A stretch of 64,000 nt of DNA from Chlorokybus atmophyticus (Eukaryota > Plantae > Mesostigma and Chlorokybus algae), in assembly GCA_009103225.1 (NCBI GenBank), contig RHPI01001737.1, forward strand, positions 988,091-1,052,090. Reading direction: 5' to 3'. This document shows positions 48,514 through 63,915 of the stretch, piece by piece. Position numbers and translations under genes: made by a program. A model generated the notes under the pieces. It saw only the letters and a program-made list of their open reading frames with translations. It searched no databases and was not told the origin of the DNA. Positions within the stretch are counted from its first letter, which is position 1; each line of letters opens with the position of its first letter.

Positions 48514-50465
48514 AAGTTGTACAGCTCCCCCCGCAGGTATGGATCACTTGCAGTCAGCTTGCTGAGGTTGCTCAGCGCTGGCTGGCCATCCCCCTGCAGG
48601 GTGAGTGCCACATGCCGTAAGCTTGGCTGCCGACGCGCCAGCTCGCACAGCAATCTGATATACGCCATTGCTTCCTTCACAGATGGAGCCAATGCCAGCT
48701 CCTGCTCAGCAAAGTTCCCCTGCACCGGGCTCCATGGCGTGACAGCCCCCCAACCATTCGTGCCAGATGCATCTGCTTGCAGCAACACCGATGCTGGCGG
48801 CTTCCACCAGGCGCAGCCGTGAGCTGCACATGCGCGCAAGCGCGCCAGCAGCCACACCAAAAACTCGCGTGGTATCAGCTGGTGAAGTGAAAAGGCTGTC
48901 CCAGCTGCAAGCACTGGCCAGGGGTTCCAGTGACGTGCCAGCAAACAGCAGGACGGGCGGCAAAGCAAGCCGCAGCGACACCAGCTTGCCTGCAACGCTA
49001 GCTAGCTGGCGAGCCGTTAGCTGAGGCTGCGCGAGCAATGCAGCAATGTTCTCCTCAAGTTGCTGCAGCTTGTGAGTAGGCACGGCAAAGGCATCTGTCT
49101 GCGTGTCCACCATCCAGCCAAGCAACTTCAGTAGTTGAGTCGGATAGGGGTTGCACTTAGGCAGCCCGAAGAAACACCCAAGAGCAGCGAACAGTTGCAT
49201 TAGCAACTTCGTTCTCCACATCGCATGCAGCTTGCGGTGGTGCGCCAGGTGCATGTCATCAATGTATGCCAAGGTGCTGAACCCCAGCATCCGCAATGGT
49301 CCGTGAACCACTTGTTGCGTGATGGTAAAAGCATAGCATGCTATATTCAGGCCAAAGGGAAGAACATTCCACTGAAACACTTGACCTTGGTACGCTATAC
49401 ACAGGAACCTGCGGTGTTGAGGCCGTATGGGAATGTGATGGTAGCCCGACTTCATGTCAAAACTAGCTTGCGCAAGCTAGGCATGCCACCATCCTTTGTG
49501 CGTGTAGTGTAGAATGTCGGATAAGTTTTCATAATGAAAAGGAACGTGTGCTAAAAAGAGATTCACATAGCGCAAGTCAATAACCAGCCTGAGCTTTGGT
49601 TGCGTAACCACACCCATCCCCGACACCACTTGCTGAGCTGCATCCACGGACACAGGTGTAATAGCACCAGTGCACACCAAGGTGCTCAGCTCATTCTGCA
49701 CGAAGGCAGCGTGCTCTGTCACCGAAGCTCTATTGCGGAGCTGCATCGAGGTCAGAGTGCGTTTCAACAACGCTGCTCTGCGGTGCGCGCAATCTAGGCC
49801 TTCTTCCCTCAACATCATTTCCAATTGGTTCCGCGTTTTAGGGGAAGCAGCAGCCGTACCCACAAATGCAATGGCAGACCATGCCGTATCCAGCCCAACA
49901 CTTTTTCCGCAGCTGGATGCTCCGTGTGCTCCAGCCAACATTCCCACGCAGCTGCGTGGTGAGTTGGCAACGCAGCTGTGAAAAGCGTGGCATCATGCAT
50001 GATGCCACGCAACTGACCCAACCACTCAGCCTCTGTACAGTCCGGAAGAACAGGTTCTGCTGCCAGGCAGGAGAGCTGGCGCAGCACGTGCATTACAACG
50101 CGTCGCTGCTTGTCTTGAGACCAGGGCGACGATAGCCTTGGCGTTGGCCATACCATAGGTGACACTGCTGCTGGCTCCGCCAGCAGAAGGGGTTGCTGCG
50201 CAAGCAGGTGCACGGCCTGCTTTGCAGCGTGGTTCGGATGTTCCTTGCCTGCAGACAGCTCCGGCGCCCACGAGACATCATGCTGGTCGCATGAGGGTGC
50301 TGCGCATTGGCTTGGATCCCCAACTGCAGCAGAAACAGCAACTGTAAGAGGAACAGTTCGTGCAGGCGCGGCCATGGGCCCGGCATTTCCTGACGCAGCT
50401 CCCTCGTCAGCCCCATGCTGAGCAGCAGCGGACGACAGGACAGTGTACTCAGCTGCAGGGTACAA
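48345..50465 (-). pseudogene. DIRS reverse transcriptase / RNase H
   Basis: KLRLVIDLRYVN, DMKSGYHHIPI, WNVLPFGL, LAYIDDM, LLQADASGTNGWG, LQGDGQ; frameshifted. Confidence 0.9.
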
Positions 50466-50961
50466 CAGACAACGCGGTATCTCATCATGATCTCCTGATC
50501 AGGAGAAAATGCTGCAGAAGATGCCGCAATGCCGCAATTATGGCGACGGGCTGATCACGCGCCGAGCCATGCAGCGACTGCACGGCAGACTGTGCCTGTG
50601 CCTGTGCACGGCAGCTGTGGTGCCAAGGCTGCAGGTGGTTCAGCGCGCGCCGGTGACGTGGTCACAGGCCGTCGTGCAGGCAGAGTATGGTCGCATGCGT
50701 GTGGCGACACTGCATGCGTCGTAGAGACACTGCAGATGGGCCAGCAGCGGTGGGCCTCAGACGCCATGTGACACAGCGACACTGCGTGCCATACTGTGCG
50801 GAGCAGACTGCAGGCGCATGCACATGCAACACACAGCCAGCACAGCAGTATGGGCGTTTATACATGTTAAAATGGAAAAAACAGTGTTGGCCACACACGA
50901 ACAGCGTGGGCACAGCTGACAGCCGCCCACCAACAACTAGCTAATTACATAGCTTAACTAC

Positions 50962-53041
50962 TCACGCATTTTCTTCTGCCGGCGCTGCGGCAATCTTTCG
51001 CCAGGGGCGCTTGTCCTGCTGACGTCCGCCTCCCACATTGCTGCGGTTGGTCATGGCGTCTGTCTTTGTCCGTATACGTCGGCGTGTCTTGCTCACGCCG
51101 TCTGTCATGGTGACCAGCATCCTTGCTGCCCACAATCCTGAGCGTGGCATAGTAAGCAACAAAGCGCGGCATGCATGCAGCGCAGATGTACACAAGGGCA
51201 CGGCTACTGGCCACCATGCACAGGCCGCCCTTAAACAAAAAAAACACCTGGCAACGTGCTGAAACTGACTGCGATGCTGCGCAGCCGTGTGCCGCACTTC
51301 ACTGTACAGGTTGAGGATTTTGTCAATGAGATGAGCCTCCGTATATGTCTTCGAGAGCTTTGTCTTGGCCGCTTCCAACAAGCGTGCACAATGTACACTG
51401 AATGAAGCGGCGTTGTCTTCTCCAAACTCGCGGAACAAGCTAGCTTCTAGCAGCACATGTACATATGCCGCCATGAGCGGGTACCTTGAATCCGTGACGA
51501 GATCGGAACGCCTCCACATGTTGAGGAGGCCTCGCATGGACGTGTCATTGTTGATGCGGTTTACAATGTTTTGCCGCACCCGCACATAATGAGATGTGCG
51601 AGTGAATTGCATGACATGCATGCCGTCGGGTGCAAGCACCATGCCGTTTGTGTTGGCGAACCCATCTTCATCCTCGATGGGCGGGAGTGTGCGCGGGGGC
51701 ATCCACGAGAAACACACATGAAGCGGGAACTTGTGCTTTGAGTTGTAAGGGTAAGATTGTGGTGTTGAGAGCCTAGTGCGGAATCCTCCACGCCGTCAAC
51801 ACGCGCTACCAAGCATTCACCACTCATGCTAGGTACGTACACCACCTTGTTGACGGGGGCGTGGAGGTCATGAGGAGGAGCCACGTCCTCACTACTCGCC
51901 GCCCCCATCTTCCTCGCTTGATTATAAGGCCACGTAGCTCTCCACGGCAGCGGTGAGGGCATGGAAGGCCAGCTGCAGCGGCAAAGTCACATTGGCAGCG
52001 CCGGCGCCCTGCGCTCCTGGCAGCACGCAGGGCCTCCATGCGGGAACGGCGGGAACCGGAGGAACCGCTCCTTCCGAAGGAAAGGGTGGAGGTGGCTGAT
52101 AGGGGAGAGGTGGGGGAGGTTGCGCCGCCTGAAGAAGTGGTGTAGGCGCGTAAGACGTGGCCTCCAGTTGTGGGGGAGAGTGGCGGGAGGAATGAGCGCG
52201 GCTCCGTACTGGGGCTCTGCGCCTGGCAGGGCTGCGGCTGCGACTGCGGCTGCAGGTCCTGCTGCGGGTGGGGCTCTGGCTCCGGTTCCGCTCCCACAAC
52301 GGCGTCCATGATGACGCCGTCGGGGAGCTGCTGCGCTGAGGGCGCTGCAGGTGGCGGGAGCTGCAGCGAGGGCTCCGTTGGGGGCTCCGCCTCGGGCTGC
52401 AACTCCGCCTGCGAGTTGGAGACTTGCTGCGCCTCCAATGCGGGCTCAGGTGCTGGCGCCAAGGCCTCCTGGGGGCCTGCTGGTGCCGGTGCTGGCTGGC
52501 GCGGTGGGGAGATGCCGACCCACCTGCCATGCGGGTTAGGAACAGTGCGGCGCAGGGTGGTGCGCTCCCTGCCAAACACCGTACGCAGGCGATGCGCCCG
52601 CGGTGTTGCCGCCGGGTCATGCAGGAGAAGGGGCAGGGACACGACGATGACGTCACGCCACACACCTGCCTTACACACCTGCAGCAAGGCTTGGCGGGTT
52701 TGCGGAGCTGAAGGGGCGCCGAGTTTGACCTCCACCACCAGCCGGACCTCCTGCAGGCCGAGCAGCGAACCAACTCTAATCACGACGCGATCGTGCAGGG
52801 GACGAGTGTCGGAGTAGCGGACATCCACCTGCTTGGTGATGTCTATCGCCAGCAGGTCATCCACGACAACACCCAAAGCTACTTGCTGGCGCCAAGCACA
52901 CAGCTGCACGGAGCGAAAACTGCTCCCCAGCAGCTGCTGCTCGATGCCATTCTCCGGCGGCAAGAGAAAACGCTCCGCAGCCTGACCTGGAGGCTCCAGC
53001 GGTGACCAATCGTGCGCCGCTGAGCCAGGACCGTTCTGCAT
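50962..53041 (-). CDS. DIRS 5' ORFs of unknown function (405 aa and 251 aa)
   Basis: Open frames 51824-53041 and 50962-51717 directly inside the A1 repeat; the first has a Pro/Gln-rich linker. Confidence 0.45.
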
Positions 53042-54059
53042 GCCAGCGGCTCACATGCGCACTTGAGCAAGCACGACGTTGATGGCGCCCACAGCGCCAA
53101 CAAGAACTAATAACTGCTGCGGTTTCAGCCACAGCAGTTGTTCACTTGCCAAGCTTGGCAAGGCTGCCTGGCTCCTGGGCACCGCCCATCAGGCCGGCAT
53201 CGCTGGCTACGGCGGCGTCATGCCCGAGGGGCAAGATGACGCGACTGCGCACAACAGGTGCGCACAAGCATGCTGTTCTTGTGCGTCCTCAGACGCAGCA
53301 AGAGCATGCTTACAGAGAGGCACTCGCTAGCATATAGGCTAGCGAGTTTGAATGCGTGAAAACGCTTAATTATATCATGTTGACGCGCGCCGCAGCAGTT
53401 GCAGTGACCGTCAATGACGGACCGTCAGTGACGGTCCGTCATTGACGCGCACGCTCGGCAGTCGCTCGGCCTGCCGCGAGTAAGGTATAAACATGGTCGT
53501 ATTATAGGACGTACTACGGGCGTATGTTGCTTTATGATGTGAATACTAGTATTTTTACGTATTCTATGTTGAAAATGGTCGTATGGTGCAACTGTGATGA
53601 GAAGGCATTCTGCCCGTTGCAAGTAAGAGAGGTTGAGGAGGCTCAAAGCAAGGGGGTGGACAGATGCGATGATGCGTGTGGGTGAAGGCGAGTGAGGAGG
53701 TCACTGGCATTTTCGATACGCGAACACCAGCTGAAGGGGGTGTATTGCGCGCTTGTTGCGAGTGTCGTATCATGTGTATGAATATGTACTAGTGGGGCAG
53801 CTTCGGGAGGTTCTTGAGCTAGCATACATGCATGGTGGAAGCTACAACACGTGAAGATGAGGAAGGTGCAGCATTATAAGGACATGACGAGCTGGTGGAC
53901 GACATCCTCAAGCAAAAACGGGATATGGCATGATAACACATTCATACCACTGGCACTTGAGCCATACGGCCTGCTAGGAGAGCCTCCGGTGGATATGATA
54001 TCGTAGTGCGCATGTTGCGTGATCGAGGATCGCCGTCTGCTCACCCATGAAACGTCAAT

Positions 54060-55212
54060 ATGGCGCAAGTGCTGGCAGAAACAACTCTGTTCTTGTCGGC
54101 AGTCGTGGCGGCGTTGCTCTTGCTACATGTCCCGGCCACCGCAGCGCAGTGCATGGTGAACTAGAGCAAAGAAAGGTGCGACTTTGTGGCGGAGCCCTTA
54201 TTGGGACTATGCGTGCCCCATCGGGTCATTTGCCATGGCGCGGCCATATCATGGCCGCGCCACTTACAATTGAAACATATGCTCTAAAGGCCAAGCTTGC
54301 GATGGCTTTGCAACGTGTCTTGCATGACTTTGAACGACTAGAACGGCATCCCTACGGGGCATGCAAGCCTTAGTGCAACTGTGATTGCCAACGCTTTCAG
54401 TTCTGTTCCTTTTTTAAGAAGAACCCTGCTGAATTGGTGAAGCAGCCACCACGTCTGCTGCCTCCAGTGCCATGACCTGCAGTTCAACTTCTTTAACTCC
54501 CAAAAGTAACTTCAAGGCATGTCTTGAGTCGTTAACGTTGCTCTTGGTGTTGTTGTAGCTGTTGTCCTTTTTGTGTTTATTAACTCGGGGCGGTACACAT
54601 GATGTTGGGTTGACGGAGGAGGGCAAGGGGTGCAACCAAGCACTGGTGCACAACGTCAAGACGGGCTTCTGGCTTGCAGCGCACTTTTTGGAACCCGGCG
54701 GCATCCCCACACGGCCCGCCAACACCTACATCACCGACATTGCCATTAAAATCCACGCACTGGACCAGACCCCCATGCACCTCATCGCTTAGGTACACAC
54801 GCACACACACACACGGTGCGTGCACACTGTCGTGCACAGGCACGCACACGCACATGTCACGCGTGTGCACACATGCACACATCTACGTGCGCACACGCAC
54901 GCGATCGGGCTGTCTCTGTGCACGTTGACCTGATGTGTACCTTTCCACTATGCAGCACAAGGGTGAGATTGCGGGAGGAATGCCGGCCCTCGGTATCGAT
55001 GGTGGCGTGTACTTTGCGGACAACGGCACGCGTCTGGAGGAGGGTGCCAACATCATCAGTGGCGGCGTAATAGTGAGTGTGTTGGAGAACTCTGTCATTG
55101 TCAGGGCGGCGAGCCTCGGCATATAAGTGACTGTCTCGTTCGAGGTTGCGCACGTCACCTTCGGCATGGGTGGTACCATGGGCCTGTCTGAGTCCGCACA
55201 TGGTGTCCTTGT
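54060..55212 (+). pseudogene. Root-cap/VWD-like paralog, copy 2
   Basis: Signal peptide MAQVLAETTLFLSAVVAALLLLHVPATAAQC, then a stop; decayed DPHF exon; GFWLAAHFLEPGGIPTRPANTY and HKGEIAGG...HGVL exons. Confidence 0.75.
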
Positions 55213-55218
55213 AAGCAC

Positions 55219-55693
<475 letters not shown>

Positions 55694-55694
55694 N

Positions 55695-58300
55695 GAAAGC
55701 CGGCAGCCCTCCCGCAGTTTCACCCTTGTGTTGCGAGTGGACGGATTCACATCAGGCCAACATGTGCACAAGATGACTCACGCGCGTGCGTGCGTGCGCG
55801 TGTACGTGCGTGTAAGTGTGTGCGTGCCTATCATAGGCGCATGATGCGCGTGCATGTGCATGTGTCCAGTTGCACTACAAACTGCCTAGTGGGAAATCGA
55901 CATTGATTTTACCAACAATTGTGTTAATTTAACAGACGACAAGTTGGTTTAAATGTCAAGATTAACATATATATTGATAACATCAATATTTACGTTGATT
56001 TGCATTTCATGTGACCAACTTCCGACTGCCCTGGATGTGGATTTTGTCCTGTAAATGTTTATGGACAATTAAGCACGACCTGCTTGCGCAATCTTATACA
56101 CCGCACAACATAGCAGCGTGCATGTCGAGAAGATGAATATGGTTGGCAGATTAATTAACATATCATGTGCGTGCACGTGCGCGTGTACATGTGCGTGTGT
56201 TTACAGATTTAAGGGAAGGAGTTTGTGTGTGCAACTACCGTTACTGTTGTCGTGGACGGGTCTTGCACAAAGACTCCAGGGGCAATCAGGGCATCCTGAA
56301 GGTCAGCGGGTTGAATGCTTTAGGTCGTTGTGCGTGGAGGGCACCTGGCAAGTGCTGACGGTGCCACCGTGCACGGTGCTGCTGTGCCTTCCATGCAGGC
56401 AGGAGACATTTAGTGGATGACAGCTGGAAAGGTAGGCAGTTGCAATGAAGTATGCGACAACAATAGCGCAACCAGTGAGTGCTGACTCGCCTCACACACT
56501 TGTGGATAGGGCATTGTGCATGCTGAGCACCCCCATGGACCTGCTATCGCGCGCTCCATGCAGCTGTGGCTCAACCTGCCTCGCGAGCACAAATTGTGCC
56601 AGCCTCGCTACCAGTTACTGCAACGGTCGGTCGTGTGCACATCAATCACCTTTGACCTTTGAGGTGTTTCTTATGAATGTCATCTGCAAAGTGTCAATGT
56701 TCACCGTCACTTGTTGCGGGTGTTTCTACTTGACAAGCACGCCGCCCTCTCCACGCTCTTCTCTGCAATGTTGGCGCGTTTTGGCGCTGCGTGATGCACG
56801 TGACAACGGACAACCATGGGACAATGCTATCGACGACCACAACAACCATGATAACTAGCTGGTGCCGCATGGGGACCATCGCAGCGAGTCTTACCGCATA
56901 TGACAAAGTTGCAGCCAAGGTGTGTATAACGTGTCGCACTTGCATCAGGAGATGCCACTTGACTGGTTGCGCACACAGCTGCATCAACACAACCTAACTT
57001 GCAAGTGACAACGAGTATATGTGTCCGCGTCCGTCGTAGCTGCGCATATCTTACCCCGTGCAGTGCGCCTCCATCCACAGTGTATCGCTGGCGGGTGACA
57101 GCCCATTAGTTAATACCTTGTGAGTTGCACATTAGCTACTAGTCTAGTGTGCACAAGCAGGTCAAACATTGTATACGTACATAGATCACGAGGAGTAAAC
57201 AGTAGCATGCAATGTACATGCTTGTTCCGTTTAAACATGTTTGTTTGATATGGTACTCACCAATATCTTGCACTGCCAACATGCATCTTGAAAGTAAGGA
57301 CATTTATGTTGAATACATCAACATTCACATTGCGCGTGGTAGATCTTGGACGTTTGCATTGATCTAAGAGATGCATAAGTTTATTACATCAAAGTGGTCA
57401 TTGCTGATATCAGCTTGTATGTTGACGCTCACCAAGGCGGTGCTCTTGACATTCATGTTGATGCAATCAACACTGGATGTCGATAGTATCAACGTGAATA
57501 TTGTTATTTTAGATAGTTGAAAGACCACTTGGCGATTTGTAGTGCATGCCGCTTTGAGTGTTGGTATCGTGTTGACACCCTCACCTGCAGTAACTGCAAC
57601 CACGGTATTGCCAGACTGTTTCAGGTAGTGCCCTTGCTTGGTTAACTTGCTTGTTGAATTGGCTTGGGTCAAACTCTCACCAGCTGTGTTGCCACAGGCT
57701 TGGGACACAGGCTGCACAGACGACAGCTCCATAGTGTTGTGTGGGCGCTGATATGCGTGCCTACTTGCGTGCGTGCGTGTGTGTGCGTGTACCTGGGCGA
57801 TGAGGCGGTAATCGGAGTCTGGTCCGGGACGTGGGTGGGGATCTCGATGGCAATGTCGATAACGTAGGTGTTGGCAGGGCGCGTGGGGATGCCGCCGGGC
57901 TCAGAGAAATGCGCCGCCAGCGAGAGATCTGTCTCGGGATCGTACATTAACGCGTAGTTGCGCCCCTTCCTATCCTCCGTCCTCCTCGCACCCTGTCAAT
58001 TGCAAACCCCAGGTCCGTCAACACAACAACAACAACGGCAGCAGAAACGGCAATAGCAGCAGCGGAAACATCAAAACCGACAATAACAAGTTCAGACATG
58101 CCTGGAAGCTGAACTTCTGTGAGTTGAACCCGGTGAAGTGCGGATCATGGCACCCGGAGGTGGCTGCTGAACCCCCGTTATCAGCAACCTTCTTAGTGAT
58201 CTGACATCTTGTAGGGCAGAAACATTGTCATGGGTGCAGGCATGTAATTGACATGTTTTGCATGTAACTGATATGTTTTGCATGCGCATATGATTACACG
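55695..58300 (-). pseudogene. Root-cap/VWD-like paralog, copy 3 (both ends truncated, about 1.8-kb insertion in intron 2)
   Basis: GCHDPHFTGFNSQKFSFQ near 58100-58160; exon 2 about 57795-57995; start of exon 3 at 55695-55730. Confidence 0.65.
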
Positions 58301-58870
58301 GGTACATGGACATGCCATCACTCGATGTGTATCTTTTTTATTTTTTTAAAGGGGAAGAATTTTTCATAATCACTAATAGCAAAATCGTCACACCAAGCTA
58401 TGCACTGTCATCCCTGCCTATCATTGCACAAGCATACTCACACGCATGTCAACGGCATGCAAGCAAGTATCAGACGAATACTCCTGCTGTTCAACTTGCC
58501 TTTTCCCGACAAACACTTGGCAGCAGCAACGTGCAAAACAGCAGAAGATCTAGAGCGGAACATGATATAGTGACAACATTGCCCGTCACTGACTTATCCT
58601 GTCTTGTATAGCCTTCTACACCGACAGTCTACCTACCTCATCTGTACATACCTACGTAACTACATGGCTCTTTGAATGCTGATGATACACTACTCTAACC
58701 CAGCACCTACCATACAATGCGCCTCATGCTGAATCCAAAGTTTGCTGCTGTTCCTTTGTACTTCGGTCAGCGCCAGTTGATATCACAACAGGACTGCAGC
58801 CGAGTGTGACACTCGTCTCTAAAGAAGGCTCCTGAGCCTACATTAGAGGAAGAGACACTCACCGCGCGTG

Positions 58871-60410
58871 TTACTCGTCGTCCGCGCGCATGTTGCTGAA
58901 GGCCACTCTGGCCTGCTGCTTGGCCTTGTTGGTGGCGGTCTTGCCCTGCACAAGGCTGCGGCGGTAGCTGCTGCTATACCCACCAGGAATGGCCACCCTC
59001 TCCTCCTCCTCTTTCATTGCCATCAGAGCTGGCAGTCGCGCTGAGATCTCCTCCACGCCAAAGATGTCCTCCACCTCTGTGCATGGCACAATATCACCGT
59101 GAGCGACATGACTGATGCAGTTAGTGTTGGGGTGGAGACATGGTAATGTGCATACCGTAGTCTGCTTCGGTGCCATAGAGGAGGTTGGCGCTGTGCTCGC
59201 CCGAGCCGACCGTGACAGGCTCGCCATTGCTGTTGTAGCGGACGCGCGCGGTTTGTCCTGCATACGTGCACAAGTGTGTTTGCGTGCGTGCGTGCACGCA
59301 TGTCCCACATGGTGGCTTGCATATGCATGCATGTGCGACAGCGTGCGCGTTTGTATGCGCCTGCACGTTCCTGTGCACCTCCCACTAAGGGCGAGTGAGT
59401 AATGAGTAACGTAACAATACAGTGGGTGTGTAAGTCAACGACAAATTAACGATTGAAATTGCACTCACCAAGGACTCCGTGCACAGATTCAGACAGGCCG
59501 ACAGTGTCAGTCACGCCACAGTTGACGTGCGCAGTCTCATTTGACACAGTCACTTCCAGGCCAAGGCGCGCCGCCGTGACAATAACAAAGCTCTTGGACA
59601 CGCTCACAACTACGCCCTCAATGACGTTGGCATCCCCCTCCAGACGCGTGCCATTGTTCGCGAAGAAAACGCCACCACTGTTCCCAACAGCTGGCAGCCC
59701 TCCCGCAATCTCACCCTTATGCTGCACAGTGGAGGAGTACACATCAGGTCAACATGTGCACAAGACAACCCGTTCGTGTGCGTGTGCGCGCACACATGCA
59801 GATGTGTGCATGCGCCCGCACACCTGAGCGTGCGCGTGTGGATGTGCACGACTGTGTGCATTCATGCGTGTGCGTGTGCGTTGTGTGCATGTGCGTCTCC
59901 CTGAGCAATGAGGCGGATGGGGGTCTGGTCCAATGCGGGGGAGGGGATCTCCATAGCGATGTCGGTCATGTAGGTGTTGGCGGGGCGCGTGGGGATGCCG
60001 CCGGCCTCAGTTTGGTGCGCCGCGAGCCAAAATCCCGTCTCGGGGTTGTACACCATCGCATAGTTGCGCCCCTTGCCCTCCTCCGTCCCGCCCTGTTGAT
60101 GGCCCCAGGTCAATCAACACGACGGCAGCAACACCAGGTCCTAAACCCCAACGACCAGCACAACTGCTGCTGTTGTGCTACTGCAGCAACTGCAGTAGCA
60201 CAACAGCAGCAGCAACAACAACATTGACATATTGAACACATGCCTGGAAGTTGAACTTCTGGAAGTTGAACTTCTAGGAGCCGGTCAAGTGAGGTCCCCG
60301 CAGCCACTCGCCGAGGTGGTGGCGCCGCCGGCGCTCTTCTTCTTTATGGGGCAAGAACACACCATCCTCAAACACGGGCTTGCACTCATATACAAGGCTG
60401 AGGCCGGTGA
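58871..60410 (-). pseudogene. Root-cap/VWD-like paralog, copy 4 (5' truncated)
   Basis: Exons 2-5 recognisable (GGTEEGKGRNYAMVYNPETGFW; HKGEIAGGLP; EVEDIFGVEE); exon 1 frameshifted, with a duplicated AAGTTCAACTTC. Confidence 0.75.
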
Positions 60411-60416
60411 CGACTG

Positions 60417-60792
60417 CATGGAGTGCGTGCGCCGCAGCGTGCACAATGGCGGACAGCGCATCCACGAGATGGCAGCAGAGGTGGTTGTGACACTCTCACA
60501 CTCTCACACCCACACCCACCCACACTCACTCTCTCTCTGCGCCCGGCGTCGCGGCAAGGACCCCAACCGTACCGGTAAATACACTCCTGCCGACCGGGAA
60601 CCCACGGCGTACAACTACGCCAAAGAAGAAGGCCTAGGACGTGATGAGCAAGAGAAGGAGCAGCAGCAGCAGCAGCAGCAGCGTCCCAGTGGCGGCACCA
60701 GGCGTCGCGGGGAGGATCCAGGGTATCGCGCCGGGGCTGGAGGTGGGCGCGACTGCGACCGCGATGAGGATGAAGAGGAGGTCGAGGAGTAG
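60417..60792 (+). pseudogene. Second copy of the small hydrophilic RRG-x-DP protein, 5' truncated
   Basis: GGQRIHEMAAE and RRGKDPNRTGKYT...RRGEDPGY resemble the gene at 32456-33734; the expected acceptor reads CGG instead of CAG. Confidence 0.5.
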
Positions 60793-61738
60793 GACGAGGA
60801 GAACCCCATGCGTGTTTGTACAGAGGTTTGTTATGGTGTGTCTGCTGAGCGCTGGGAGGAGAAGGTCCTTAAGACCCGGGGGGGTGGGCCTTTTGCGTGG
60901 CTGTCTGGTGTGTTTGCCAAGCATGGATGAACCACCGGCTGTTTGACACTGCAGTGTTGTGGAATGGTGTTTGAGCGAGGGTGACAGTATGGTGTATATA
61001 AAAAGTGATCTTTCAGACTGACATGCAGACTTGTCCTGCAACACCCTGATCGTGTGACCGCAGCAGCGTTGTGCCTCTCTCATGATGCATGCTGTAGTCA
61101 CTGTGTACAGCAGCGAACTGTTGGCCTTGCAGTAGGCTGCATCTCACTGAGATGTAGCTTTAACCGGAACATTGCGGAAATAGGTACACTGGTTGGCTCA
61201 AACCCTGCCAATTCATTCATCTGCTAAACCACGTCACTGTCCGCAAACTTCGGGTGCCGCGACCCAGAGTTTATCTCATACTAGCAACTAAATCAGTAAA
61301 GCAGTCTTTTTGACCCAGGCAGTGTGGTTGGTCAAAGTATCATGTTCGCGCGTTCTTTCACGGATACAGGCATCATCTTGCTGAAGGTACTGTGCTCGCA
61401 TGCGCGTTATGCACACTATGCAGCATGGTCACTTGGGCGCAACCGCATGTCGCAACAGGACAAGTGCACCACGTATGTCACCCAGACATGGTTGCATGGC
61501 ATCCCTGCAGACAATTGCATTGTATGTGCAAGCACTTCCAGCATATGTAAAAGCGTATGGTTTCAGCCAATGATGTTGATGCCAACATTGCTGTGCTTTC
61601 GTGTTACCTACTCAAACCAATAACATGAACTACGGGTTTGATTTACCCATGCCTACCACAAGTGTCTTGGGGTTTTCCTACAACACTAAGTCTATCAGAC
61701 ATACGCACCCGCGCATACCATGCCAACTGCCTGGTTTG

Positions 61739-63915
<2,177 letters not shown>

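Larger units (their letters stand above)
46029..53360 (-). mobile_element. Tyrosine-recombinase retrotransposon (DIRS order, PAT/kangaroo-like) with split direct repeats
   Basis: A repeats 53056-53360 and 46350-46662; B repeats 46663-46810 and 46029-46176 (148 bp each), giving A1-ORFs-B1-A2-x-B2 on the minus strand; contains RT/RH, a Dam-like domain and a YR. Confidence 0.9.
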
